From Lama glama (lineage: Eukaryota): a DNA stretch of 64,000 nucleotides. A program made the translations under genes and the position numbers. Where the stretch lies: assembly GCA_028534125.1 (NCBI GenBank), contig CM052817.1, positions 20,648,001 through 20,712,000 on the forward strand, read 5' to 3'. The notes under the pieces were generated by a model. The model saw only the letters and a program-made list of their open reading frames with translations. It had not been told where the DNA came from and ran no database searches. Of this stretch, positions 11,391 to 24,446 are shown piece by piece (within the stretch, counting starts at the first letter, position 1; every line of letters starts with the position of its first letter).

Positions 11391-14300
11391 CCTGAACATG
11401 TTGCTGAATATGGTTCTCCTTCTTGCTACACTGCCATGGATGTGCCGTAACACCACCGCAACCATCATACACAAACATACAAATTCATACAAATTGCAGC
11501 TTAAAGCTCAATTAATTAAGAGCTCCGATTTCTTTAGTTCAGGAAAAGCCTTAAGGAGAAGATAAAAATTGCAGCACAGGGTGAAAAGAGAAGTAGGTTC
11601 CGATCAGTAGATTAGACAAGAGCATTTCAGCTGATATGCAGGGGTGCTGAAAGGAGATCAATGGGGCTGAAACAGGTTTGGAGAAAAGTAATGGGAGGTG
11701 ATCTAAGTCAGTGTCAAACAAAAGCGTAAACAGAAGGCGAAGTATTTCTGTAGGCAAAGAACTTCCCTAAGACCGAGTTGAGATAATCAGTCCCAGAGGA
11801 AATGTACTATCATATGATTCTTATTACTTGTGTGTAAAGCCTGTTCGCTGTTGGTTTCTAAAGTATAACAACCGGGGAAATACAGATAGAAAACAGGTGA
11901 TTATTAGGCAAGACACTTGTCCTTTTTTCACATGGTTAGCAATGGAAGCCGAAAGCAGAACTTTCGAGTTCCTCCATATGTTGGGGACCATCCAGTCCGA
12001 TCTTCTCATTTTGAAGAAAACCGAGTTTCAGAGAAATTAACCAGGGTTAATTCAAGTTTATGGAACAAGAACAGAACTGGATCCCCAAACTCCTGGCTCC
12101 CTCTACAGTGCTCTTTCCTCCCCAGTCCAACTTTCTAGACAAGTTAGAAGTAGGAGTCAGGAAAGTAGAACCATGGTCTGATATAAATTGTTTGCCTTTC
12201 AAGTTATAGAAAAATGCTCTTTTATCTAGAGAGTTCTGCACATGCATTTACTAATATCTTTGGCATGTGGAAAATTGGTTTCATGATCTCCAGAGAAAAA
12301 TTGTTAATTTCTGCCTGGAGCATTCTCTCTGCTGATTCCTATCAGAATATTTGCAACTCTAAAATTAATTTCACCCTATTTGCTGTGTTGGTTGTAATGA
12401 ATCATATTCAAAATCACCAAAAACTTATACAAAAGACTGCACAGGAGAGAAAAAACAGCATTTGGTTTTCCCAAGCTGCTTCTCTGTTGATTATTACCAG
12501 GTAGCACTTTTTTCTCATTTCTTATTCTCATTTATATGAAAATCCAGATAGAAATGAAAGTAATGTATTAGCTGTTTTTGGAAAAAAATGTTAAGTCAAT
12601 TATACTCTTGCAAGATTTATAAGAACTAAAGTGAGTTTAAATTTGAATTGTCAAAGGAAATGTTACATGCATTAGGCACTCAGTAAAATCCATCATATGT
12701 ATTTAATTATGTACTGGGTTTTGAACTGCTGTATCTAAAGTGATATTTTTATTTAAAGAAAGATTTTTTTAGAGAACTTATTCTAGGTATCACTTTAAAG
12801 TATATCTGTTAAGTGTAATTCGGGTATTCACGCATTTTAGTTAGAAGATTTAGGGAAGGTTGTATGTGTGTATGTGTGTGTATGACACAACTAGACATAT
12901 TTTTTTCCTCTTTGTAATAAGCATACTTTGGAAAAAAGCAATTAACAATTGTCAAGTCTGTGACCATACAAGTGCCTTAAACCGTATATATTCAGGTTCC
13001 CGGAAAACCTACTGCTCTTTGTTATCCTTTAGATTTCTAACAATGTGTGTGTTGAGTTGCTGCATAGTGGGGTATTATTTCTAAGTATGAAAAGTCTTAT
13101 CTTAGCAGAGTAAGCATTGACCTTTAAATCTCCCCTTCAACTGAAATGTTAAAAAAAAGTAAGCATATTACATAAATGCATGGAGCATACTTTTTATAAA
13201 TGCAAGGCACCAGAAAGCATATTGAACGACTCAAAGATATATGAGATGGTCCCTGTGTGTGCATGCTGCATCTGTACAGTTTCACAGTACAATATGGACG
13301 AACCAAGCATAATTCTATATTACAAATGAAAGGACATGGTAGGAATACTTTGCTGTAACGAACTCATCTCTTTATGCATGAAAAACTTCGCATGGCTCTG
13401 ACCCTAATGACTTAAATATTACCCCTGTGGAGCATTTCTCAAGCCCTATTAATGTTTTCCTATCTGCCAGTAACAGAGAATCACTTAAAATGAAATAAGA
13501 TATTGAGAATTCCAGCAATAGGCATCATTCTTAGAGTTGTTACTTTAAATGAAAACTGGTGGGTAAGGTAGCCCCCAAATGTAGCCACTTTTGAAATGAT
13601 CATTCTATCCTTTATTTTACTTTCCTCTTCCCCAAACAGCACCCGCAACCCAAAGTAATAATGTCACCTGGTATCAGTCTAAGCCAAGTCAAGTGAAAAA
13701 TGCAGAAATGAAATGCTTTATTTTGCTAGCCTCTCTAGGGCTATTGAGATTAACAGAAAGAGGCAGCCTTCTTGGGAGCATCAGGGTTTATAATGTTGAA
13801 AATTTCTTCTGCAAATGGAACAATGAAGAAAAGCATTTGTACACAAAACAAAGGTGAAAAGGGCTTATGAAAGCAATACTACGATTACAGTCAAGGAGAC
13901 GTGTAAGTGTATCTGTATTCATAATTTGAACACGTGATTTTCACTTCCTGTGCCTTCTTTGGATCTGATATATTAGGAGTAATAATAACAGTCTACTTTT
14001 TGAGATATAATTTAGAGTCATCATAAGATTTAGATTATTCACATTCAAAATACATACATTTTTCCATGATATGTTTCATAGAACTAATAAAAATAAGATT
14101 TAGTTTATATAATGTATAATCATACCAAAGGGTTGTTAATGTTTGGGAACAAGTTTTTTTTGTTTGTTTGTTTGTTTATTTAATTTGATGTTTACCTTAG
14201 TATTCTCATGTGGCAGGCAGAAAAAAAAATAATGTCCATTGACTTCTTGGTTGAATATTTAATATTAGCTATAATAAAGCTCTCTTTACAAAGTATATGG

Positions 14301-14609
14301 CTAATTGACAGATCAGTGTGATTAATCATTTGGTAGTTACATTGCTTGAGAGATATCAAGTTACCTTATACATCTGTTTTCTTCTATTTCCTTGCAATGT
14401 TTCTATAATTAAAAAGTCTAAATAATATTGAAGGTGATTTTATTTGTTTATTTAATTTGGGGATGTCTTTGTATCGTCCTTCTGACTCTGTATCAAATAA
14501 CTACCAATAACATATTACTACTCATCCACTGAAAAAAAAAAAGTTTGATTTAGTTTTCTTTGACTTTTTATTCTACTTTACTCATTATATTTCAAATTAC
14601 CATCTTTAA

Positions 14610-15215
14610 AATTTCTCCCATCTCCCTCTGCCTCTCCAGCAGTGCTGCTGAAGTTGCCCGGATTGCTAATCTTATCTATTTCAGCCCACTCTCTATGAAG
14701 TAAGGATGCTCCTCTTAAAATACATCTCATCATAACACATACCTATGTAGACACATTACTGATTTACTGCTTTGATCGAAGTGTTTGAGATAGAATCTGA
14801 ATAGCAGTAAGAACCGTAAAGATCTTCTTTTCTAACCTTATCCCCTCCTGTAAGCTGGACTCTGCATTCTGGACCATTTAGGCACATGATAACATTTCAT
14901 GCCTTCATGCATTGACTTGTGTTGCTCCCATCCTTGGCATGCTCTCCTCACTCCTACCCCATTCCTTAGTAGTTCAAAGCCAATCATTTCAAAAATCCAG
15001 ATTAAATGTCAATGCCTCAGGCAAAATTTCTCCCCCAGATATGGCCTTCTACAGCACACTTTGTGCATTTATGGTTTCTCAATATTTGTGTTATCTCGTA
15101 TGCGGTAAGCTCACCGTGCAAACACCAAATTCTGTTTGTTTTTCTACCACCACAGCACTTAGAACAGTGACTCGAGTGTCAAATCTGCTCGAAGAGTTTC
15201 TACAAAATGAATTAT
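14610..15215 (+). mobile_element. L2 LINE 3' fragment
   Basis: Pyrimidine-rich L2-like body, ttcaaaaatccagattaaatgtcaatgcctcagg, and the 3' end cacagcacttagaacagtgac...aaatgaat. Confidence 0.6.
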
Positions 15216-16509
15216 GTGTGAGGTTTTGAGTAGATGCATTCATCTCTGTATTTCCCACCAAATATATTTATAGCAAGTAAAAGAATATCTGTTTGTCTCA
15301 TACACACCCCTCCTGTCCTCGACCTTTGTGGTTTAAATTGGGAAGCAATGAGTTTGTTCTTATAGGTGAATGATGCAGTACTTAATTGAATCAATGCTCA
15401 GTGCTTCATTGCCAGAATGTTATCATCTGCTACAGTGGTGGCCTTGTCCAAGAAAATGTTAGTTTTTGTGTATCAAAATAATTACCATGCACTCTGTCTT
15501 CCCAAGCTATTTTGAACAACTACTTATAATGATTTAATTTGCAGGACTGTGTGTCTTAATAAGCTTTAGCACTGAGCTTTCTGAGAGCGACGTGGTCTAC
15601 ATGTAAACTCTTTGCAAACAGCATCTGAATTACAGGCAGAGACACATGTTAGGAGCTGCCAGAATTGTGTTTGTTGTGGCTGCCTGGTTAGCTGCTGCTT
15701 GAACAGCTGAAGTATGAGCGTATTGGTCGATCAGTGCCAGCTCAAACAAGGAGGGCGCCAACCCACAGGGAAGTTAGAGTTGTGTGCAAAGCTAGGCTGG
15801 TAAAATTTGGCTGGGATAGATGGTGAAAGAGTGAGTTAAGCTATTTAATATGGCATCAGTGTACCTTAAGAAATGCACGACAATCTTGTGTATTTCAAAG
15901 ACAGAATTTCATATATACCCAATAAACTGCAAAAGAGGTTCATGTTGACCCAAAAGATGGAGCCTGCCTTCATGTATAATAGAATGGGGAATGAAGTTGC
16001 TTGTGGAAAAAAGTCAAATCTGAAAACTAGCTTGAACTGAACTATTCACTCTAACTGGATAATTGTTATAATTCATTGATTTCTTTGTGTATAAATAGAG
16101 GACGTTTTAAATCTAAAGCTATTAGCCCAGTTTCATCACAATTACTTTACAGGCTTTGCAGCAAAAAAGTTACATCTTAAATCTGGCTCATATGAATGAC
16201 TATAATAACAGTATGATTTTTAAAATAATGTATATGGATGATTCACCAAATCAAGGCTTTCTATGTTAATTTCTGCCTGGATATAAGTTAGGGAAAGATC
16301 GAGAGAACTTTCTAAAATCCATTCAAATATATATCAGAGAAGCTGAGTGAAAGAGTGAGAAACTCCCTGACTGGAACATTCCTACTAGGACTGTATTCTC
16401 TGGCAATGCCTGTTCTAGAAACTTACTCTGGTCACTCTGGAGAACACCAACCTCAGTGAAGAAGTAGGAGTCACTAGTCCAGAATTCTTTTGATAACACT
16501 ACCTGCAGT

Positions 16510-16533
16510 TGTGTGTGTGTGTGTGTGTGTGTG
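16510..16533. repeat. (TG)12 microsatellite
   Basis: Perfect TG run. Confidence 0.95.
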
Positions 16534-18427
16534 AAACCTGGGACAATCACAAGTATTAACAGAGAATTATAGAGCTCATTCTATGGATTTAAGTACAAGC
16601 ACAGGATGCATATTTTAAAACTTTAAATGATATGTAGTAGGAGTATTATGTTAATTTTATGTTATTTATGACAGAAACTAGTTAAAACAAAACAACTTAT
16701 CAGGGTATGTTTAAGGCAATCATCTATCTTCCAGTCCAGTTTTGATTCCATTTCTTCCTGAGGGTCTCCCATTTTTCTTTTTCTACCTTCCCTGACCTTG
16801 TGTCTGTGCTGGGAAGTGGCTTTCGTGAATTGAACCCTTAATGTTATATGCAGAAATGTTCAAACTTTCTGTCAGCGTTGGTGCAAAAATTTCTGAATAT
16901 ACAGGATCTTTGTATGTGCTTTTGTGAAGGATCTGCTTTTCTTCCTTTGGTCTCTGCAGTACGCTGGCCACCAGGTACACGTTGTGCATAGACTAGAGCT
17001 TCTCTTGCTACGAACATGGCTCTTTCCACGTCTGATGAAGTGAGACTTCCCCGTGTCCCCTGGTGATGAAAAGGAGGTTTTATACTCTGTTCCTTTAGAT
17101 GGAAGAGCCCACTTCCTGACTGGGTTCAGTGCTAAAAGTGGATTGCCTTTGGGCTGAAATATGAATGCCATGATATTTTCTATTTAACATTATTAACCAT
17201 ACTTCCTGGCCCCTGAAAGCCAGCATTTGACTCTTTATTTCACATCAATTATCATAAAGTTATTTGCAACAGAAGAAAAGGTAGTGGGTGAAATGACCAC
17301 ACTCATTTTAAAGGGATCTTATGTAGACTTGTAATACTGGTTCAGAAATTCTTTTAGAATAGCATTCTCTTTCTGAAAGTGGCATTAAGTGTGATTTGTG
17401 AAAGAGCATGAGTTTCATTCTTGATATTAGTCCCTAGTTTAAGAAGTTAAATTAAGGATGACCGGTACAGCCTCCATTAATAATCCATTACGGCTTTCTA
17501 ACCATCAATCTTTTAACTTCCTCAGCCTGCATGATACTTGTAAACTCTACTAACTTTTGGATAATTATTTGATAACTACTCATACTCGAAAAAGCTAATA
17601 TCATTTACTTATTTTCTTTACTTTTTAATTTATGTAATACATTTTCTTTATTTTTAGTTTTCAAGCTGTTTTTCTGTAATACTCCCTGTTGTAAAAACTT
17701 AACCTTATCTACACTGTTCATGTATTCTCAAAGCAACGTATATCTAGCTGATAAAATTACCCAATTCTTGTTATGACTAAGCACTTAATGTATACCAGTA
17801 ATGATGTGAATACATGGGTGATAGAATGTAAATTGAAGGCTAAATGGTGATAGAAATGCATTTTGCATTTGCATTTTTTTTTCTTTTTCGCAATGAAGCG
17901 GGGACGGGTGATACAAATATATGTGATGGAAGGCCTGTTAACTGCCACACTGAATCGCTGAAGCGGTGTAGTTCAGCAGAGAGACACCCCAGTGGTGTAA
18001 TGAGAGAGTGAGAAAGTGGTCTTGATAATTAGAATGAGTCAAAAGCAATATCCCGCCTGCTTTAGCCTGCACAGATGATGGGGAAGGAAAATATTCTTTT
18101 CTTCTGAGACAGAAACAGGACATCAGTCAAAATGATAAGAGATGTCAGTATAATATTCCTTTGAGTCAGGTACCAGTGAGCTCGGCATCTGGGACTAGAG
18201 CTTCTAATCTTTGTCTTTGGGCTTTGGCGTAATAGATTCTGTCTCAATATGTATCTTAAAAAGTTCACAGTTCTTAGCTGGGAGAAATAAAAGTAGTTCA
18301 TAATTTAGTGGGGGAATTACAGTCTTAAGTCTGTGAAGCTAAAGCCTTCTGATTTTTTTCTATGTTAACTTGAATAAGAAATTTATGTTTCTTAAAATGT
18401 GTATGAAATTCCTTATCTTGTTGGAAT

Positions 18428-18555
18428 TTTATATACATTTATATATTATTATATATAATATATTTCTATTTTATATATAATTGATATTCAATTATTATAA
18501 ATTATATATCATATATAATTACATATATAAGAATTACATATATAATTATATATGT
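18428..18555. repeat. AT-rich low-complexity (TA)n-derived tract
   Basis: Almost entirely A/T with TATA units. Confidence 0.85.
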
Positions 18556-19214
18556 AAAATGCCTTTACATAGAAAAGTTTGATTAGCAAAGTTTTTTTTA
18601 TTTGTAGTTGTCATTAAATTCACTTATGAATAACCAAAAACTCAGTCATTTTTATGCCAGCTAAATGAACCAGCTTACGGCAAAAGCCCTAACATATAAA
18701 ATATAGTACTGCTTCAATTTTAGTTTGTCATATTTACAAAGAAAACTACAGCAGATGAAAGATATATTACTGGGCCAATGAAAGGAAAAGTTTATCTTAA
18801 AATTGCTTTAATCTCCAAGGCTAACATAGACCATGGCCATGTTTATAATATAAAGTCAGTAACTATCACTCTATTCCTATGCCCCAAGCTAAAACCTGAA
18901 TTTTTCTTCTTAAATATGAAATTTCAGGTAGTAGAGATTTCTGAAAAAATGAGAAATGTAGTGAGAGAAATGTAGAATTCAGTCGACATAAACTGACTTT
19001 CTAAAAAGAGAGCGGCAGTAACAGTGGACTGAAACATAAGGCATCCAGCAAAATATACACTCTAATTATCTGAGGAAGAGAGAGGGGGAGAGGATTCCAA
19101 GTAATTGAATAATCCTCTTAACTAAGTTAATTGCTGATTCAGTGATTCAGTGTTTGTGCCACATGGAAACCTGGAAACCCATTCTTGGCAAAAATGCCAC
19201 AAGAAGAGACAAAT

Positions 19215-19370
19215 CCTATTTTCGTGATTCTGTAGGCACCTGCCTCCCAGCTGGAAAAGGTAAGGCTCACAATGGCTGTTTTTATTGGGGAGGAAATTAA
19301 CTGAGATCATTTACGTAAGAGATTTGGAACATTCCTGGCACAAAGTAACTTTGCAGTTAATTGTAGATAT
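19215..19370 (+). mobile_element. MIR SINE fragment
   Basis: gaggaaattaactgagatcatttacgtaagagatttggaacattcctggcacaaagtaa matches the MIR 3' end. Confidence 0.55.
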
Positions 19371-19454
19371 CATGTATTAGCGAATATTGATTGATTCAGT
19401 CACTCTTCTCCCAACTGCACATTGAGCATTGTGTGCGTTAGTCATATAATGAAA

Positions 19455-19915
19455 AAGAATAAACTGTGCAGAGAAGACTGCAAGACTCAGTGGCTTAAGA
19501 CAATAAGCATTTATTAGTGGTTGAGTGGCTCTTCCCATCTGGGCCATGCTGAGCTGCTCTTGGTGGGGTGCTCTCTGGCCCACTGGGGGTTGCCAGGGGG
19601 CTGCTTTGCTGATCTTGAATAGACTCTTTCATTTGTCTTCTGCTGGGACAACAGGGCGACTCTAACCCAACAGGCTAGCTCAGGCTTATCCTCATGGCTT
19701 GGCAGGAATAAAACAAAAGCAGGGACACCCAAATGTGGGAGGTGTTGCTTTGCTGCTTCCACCTCATTCCACTGTCCAAAGCAAGTCCCAAGGCCAGGCC
19801 TAATTAGTGTGAGGAGGCAGCTCCACTGTGTGATGAGAAAAGCTACAAAGTCAAATGGCAAAACAGGCAATGGAACAGGAAAGGGCAGAGAATTAGAACC
19901 ATTTTAGGACTTTAC
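19455..19915 (-). mobile_element. Old MaLR LTR (MLT1F-L-like)
   Basis: actcagtggcttaagacaataagcatttatt...tcattccactgtccaaagcaagtcccaaggccaggcc are typical MLT1 blocks. Confidence 0.7.
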
Positions 19916-20631
19916 CTTAGGACCATGCAAAAAGAATCATCGATTGCTCTACTTTTGAAATGTCTTTACCCATTTTTACTACTGTAAGTTTGTCATTCTC
20001 AGTCTTTTCCCATTCAAAACAAAGCAGTGCAAACAGACAAAGAATTGAGCCATGGAACAACCGAATTAATCAAAGATATAAAAGGATAGATCAAATTCAT
20101 TGATAAATTGTTACATGATGGACATGTATTCATATAGAGGTTAAAAATATCATGGTGAATATCAGCTGGCTTTTATTTCTAGGTTTAAATCAAATTAAAT
20201 TTATTTAATTTTTAATATACAAAGGACCAGATAAATATATGTTCATTGTCATGTGCTTCTTATATAAAGGCTTATTTCTGGAAGTCCTAACCAAATTGAT
20301 ATTCTCCTGGTTGAAACCATGGAAGACATGGTTTGCTTTCCCAAACATGTGTTGCCAAGTACCTAATATGAGTACTCTGCTGTGGTTTGCCATTGGTACA
20401 GCCAGTGCTTCACCTGATATTGATAATGTAGGTGATAGATTCCTAAATTGTTTTTCATTTTCCTATAAATCAGGCAGATTTCATTACAATCTTGCCTTAG
20501 ACTCAACTGACAGCCATCCTAAAATTTTTAGTCTCAGTGTAAACTGACTGCCCAAGGAAAGTGTGTGGCCCCACTGAAGGCTCGATGTTATTAATCAGCA
20601 ATGAAAAGGATGCACAGAACAATCACCATCA

Positions 20632-20880
20632 CAGTAGTGTTTATTGAGTACTCAAAATGCTCCTGGCTGCCTAAGCCTGTTCTAGGTTTGTTCCATGTAT
20701 TATTTATTTCATTTAATATTCACAGCAACCCTGGGAGGTTGGTACTATTTTTATCCCAGTTTGCAGCTGAGGAAACTTAGGAGAAAAGTATTAAAAATTC
20801 CTTAAGGTCACCTATCTTATTGCTGGAGCTGTGATTCCAACACCGACACTCTGGCTCCGAAGTGCCAACACTCTCACTGT
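20632..20880 (-). mobile_element. MIR SINE (near full length)
   Basis: tttattgagtactc...catttaatattcacagcaaccctgggaggttggtactatttttatcccagtttgcagctgaggaaactt...aaggtcac...tctggctcc. Confidence 0.8.
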
Positions 20881-21485
20881 CCACGATAGACAGCTTTCCC
20901 GTACAGATAACCACCTGTGAAGCTAATCATCTGTTATTGATTATTTAGTATTTTCCTGCTAAGAAAACTGATGTCATATACTTATGTGGGACCAAGATTA
21001 AGTTCAGTTAGTGGCTCTCTACTGACATTAAATTTTACCATGCCTGGAGAAGTTAACAAGAAATACAGAGAGCATAGACTGTGTTTGTTCAACTAAGCTG
21101 TTTAGTGGAAAGAGAAAGAAAAACTAATCAAATGTCTGATACCTTCTTACAAGTTTTAAATTGTGTTAATGACTTACTGGCAACCCTTCTGCTTTGTCAT
21201 CTTTGCCTGAAAAGCATCTGCGAAGTTTTATTTGTTCAATTAGGGAAACTAAGAGATGTGAATTTCCATTAGCTGTAAAATGAGTTTTGCTGATTAAGCT
21301 GAAAGATTGAAAACTAGTTTGTCATCTCATATACACCAAGAAAGATATTGCTGAAGGAAATTCATTGTTTTGACCCAGCAGTTCATGGCTTTGAATATCA
21401 GAGGATAAATCTTGAAATCTAAAACACCGAAAGCATTTTACATCATCTAAGGATCAAGTTAACTTTCATGTAGGAAATGTCACTG

Positions 21486-21563
21486 AGACCTGTTTAGCAC
21501 AGGGAACTTTATTCAATACCTTGTGAAAACCTATAATGAAAAAGAATGTACGTATATGTATAT

Positions 21564-21594
<31 letters not shown>

Positions 21595-21703
21595 CATATA
21601 TATACGTGTATATATATATATATCTGAATCACTGTGCTATACACCAGAAATTAACACAGCATTGTAAACAGACTATACTTCAATAAAAAAATAAATAAAT
21701 AAA
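21486..21703 (+). mobile_element. 5'-truncated L1 3'-UTR end with A-rich tail
   Basis: tagcacagggaactttattcaataccttgt...ctgaatcactgtgctatacaccagaaattaacac...ctatacttcaataaaaaaataaataaa, with an internal (TA)n tract. Confidence 0.88.
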
Positions 21704-22327
21704 CTTTAAAACAGTTTCCAAACCTCAAAAAAAGTCATTGTTAAATATGTCTGTATTTATCAACAGAATTTCATACTGAGATTCACATTGCAGATACTCT
21801 GGCTGAGGTCAGTCTATTTGTGATTTCATAAAGATTCATTCCCAAAGTCCATGTTCGTATTTATTCTAGAAAATTGACTTACTCTTCCAAGGTACAAACA
21901 AATATTTTCAATGTACATTATATGTGGCCTAGAGCTTATCTTGTAATTTGCAATATAAAATAATATTTAAGCAGAAGTTCAATACTTTTTGTTATTTACT
22001 AGCTTAAATAATACAGATATTCATTCCAAATTTACATATGTGGACATAGTCTCTAACCATGATTAAAAAAACAAGCAAATAAGAATAACAACAACTCAGA
22101 GACACAGAAGTTTCAAACATCATATATTCTGACACCAATAAGCAATTGTGTGTCGTGAACACCCTAAGAGCTAGTAGAGGAAGATGAAGACTTCCCAGCC
22201 CTAACATGCTTCACAATAATTAACTTAAAATCTCCTCTGTGTCAAACCATTCCCACAGAGGATTATAGTTTTTAAAGTTTTTCTTTTGGGCTCTAACTAC
22301 TGGCTTCAGCTGTACCCTTAGTATGTC

Positions 22328-22525
22328 ATGGACTCAGGAGATAGACTGAGTTCAAATTCAGCCTAGGGTACTTCCGAGCACAGTGACTTGGACGAGTGAC
22401 CTAACTTTATTGTGACTCATCAAAATGAGGATTTAAAAAAATAAGGACAAAAACATTAAATGGGTTAATAGGCAAGCATTTAGAACCATGAGTGGCATCT
22501 AATAAGCATTTTATAAATATTATTG
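22328..22525 (+). mobile_element. MIR SINE
   Basis: agactgagttcaaattcagcc...gtgacttggacgagtgacctaac...aaaatgagg...aagcatttagaacc...taagcattttataaatattatt. Confidence 0.7.
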
Positions 22526-23946
22526 CAAATTCTAGAAGTTCAGTACAGGGACAGATGTTAGTTATCTGAGAGACTTCTTTTTCTTGGAGTTTCCTTAAAT
22601 CCCATTTGCTGCCTTTTTATTTATTAACCTGTAAGCATCAATGTATACCTCCCCTCAGTTGCCCAAACTGATGAGGTTTGATGATGTCCTATGTCTTTCT
22701 TTAAGCAGATAAGATTTAGTTGCTAGTATGTGGTACAAGAACCCTATAGACATTACATTATTTGAAAAATTAGTTTTGTCCTCTTGTGTCCAGAGCTGCA
22801 TCTGATCTAAATGTTTTCCTTGGGCTTTGTGTAGAGCTGGCGTATTTGATTTGTACAATGATTTGTATTTCCATAAAGGTTATTATTAGGGAAACAAAGA
22901 AAATCAAGTACTTAGGAATTACCACAAAGAATCAAAGCCATTTGAATCTCTACTTAAGGTCTTTCAGGAGGCAAAACATTTTGAATGAGAATCTATCTTT
23001 ATCAATACTGTGTGCTCAGTTGGTGTAACATGCTGTGAGCTCTCAGGATGAAGAGGAATCTCAAATCCATGAAGCAAAGCTTCTCTGTTGTTTACAGTAT
23101 TTAAAATAAATTGTTTCAGTTCTCTGTTGGGTTGCTTCCTGTTGAGAAGAACCTCATAATTAAAAACAGCCACTGGAATGGAATTACAATGCAGGTATTT
23201 TGACAATGTAGACACCTGGTATATTATCTTGAAATAAACTGACCTATGGTTATTACCAATAGTGTCCTTTCTAGGCGGGATTTGCATAACTACAGAGAAT
23301 TAGTCCCTCTGCCCATCCTTTTGAAAAGAGCACAGGATATTTAGTAGAGACGAGGTAATTATGCTATTTGGGATAATAGTCAGATTTACTGTCTAGGACT
23401 GCTATTCTTTACACTACGTGAATTTCAGGATAATTGCTCAGATCCTGTGTAGAGGAAAGCTGATTCATTTTTTCAGCTTTGCCTTTATGCTCCCTTTTTA
23501 CTTGTATTGTTATTTTTTTTAATCAAGCAGATCTAGCATTGCAAGCAAAAACGCTATTTAATATTAAAATTGACCTTTTTTCTGTATTTGGGCTTTGTCT
23601 GCTGGAAATCTTTGAATTGTAATAGGTCAAAATTTGTTCAAATTATGACTGCCTTTTTTTGTCCAGTATTCCATTAACATGTCTCTTGTTGTCTAATATT
23701 TATGAAATAAGTAAATACTATAAATTCCCTTTTTTGTATAGAATATTTGGTAACTTCCTATATGTATGCATGTACACAAATTCCTCCTTCAGAGTGAATG
23801 AAATGTTCATCGGCAAAGTCAAGTGGCAAGTTGAAGGAATCCTCTATTTGACTATTAAGAGAAAATCACAGGATAATTATATTATTAAAGTGAAATATTT
23901 TGCATTTTAATTGTGATGATGCCTATGTATTGTATCTTAAAAAAAA

Positions 23947-24446
23947 NNNNNNNNNNNNNNNNNNNNNNNNNNNNNNNNNNNNNNNNNNNNNNNNNNNNNN
24001 NNNNNNNNNNNNNNNNNNNNNNNNNNNNNNNNNNNNNNNNNNNNNNNNNNNNNNNNNNNNNNNNNNNNNNNNNNNNNNNNNNNNNNNNNNNNNNNNNNNN
24101 NNNNNNNNNNNNNNNNNNNNNNNNNNNNNNNNNNNNNNNNNNNNNNNNNNNNNNNNNNNNNNNNNNNNNNNNNNNNNNNNNNNNNNNNNNNNNNNNNNNN
24201 NNNNNNNNNNNNNNNNNNNNNNNNNNNNNNNNNNNNNNNNNNNNNNNNNNNNNNNNNNNNNNNNNNNNNNNNNNNNNNNNNNNNNNNNNNNNNNNNNNNN
24301 NNNNNNNNNNNNNNNNNNNNNNNNNNNNNNNNNNNNNNNNNNNNNNNNNNNNNNNNNNNNNNNNNNNNNNNNNNNNNNNNNNNNNNNNNNNNNNNNNNNN
24401 NNNNNNNNNNNNNNNNNNNNNNNNNNNNNNNNNNNNNNNNNNNNNN
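23947..24446. other. Assembly gap (500 N)
   Basis: Run of exactly 500 N. Confidence 0.99.

Noticed and set aside
15745..16982. CTCF-like motifs (caaggagggcgcc at ~15750; tggccaccaggtacac at ~16965)
   Set aside because: Each matches only half of the core consensus.
19215..22525. Oppositely oriented MIRs as a dsRNA or editing substrate
   Set aside because: The copies are too diverged to form extended duplexes.
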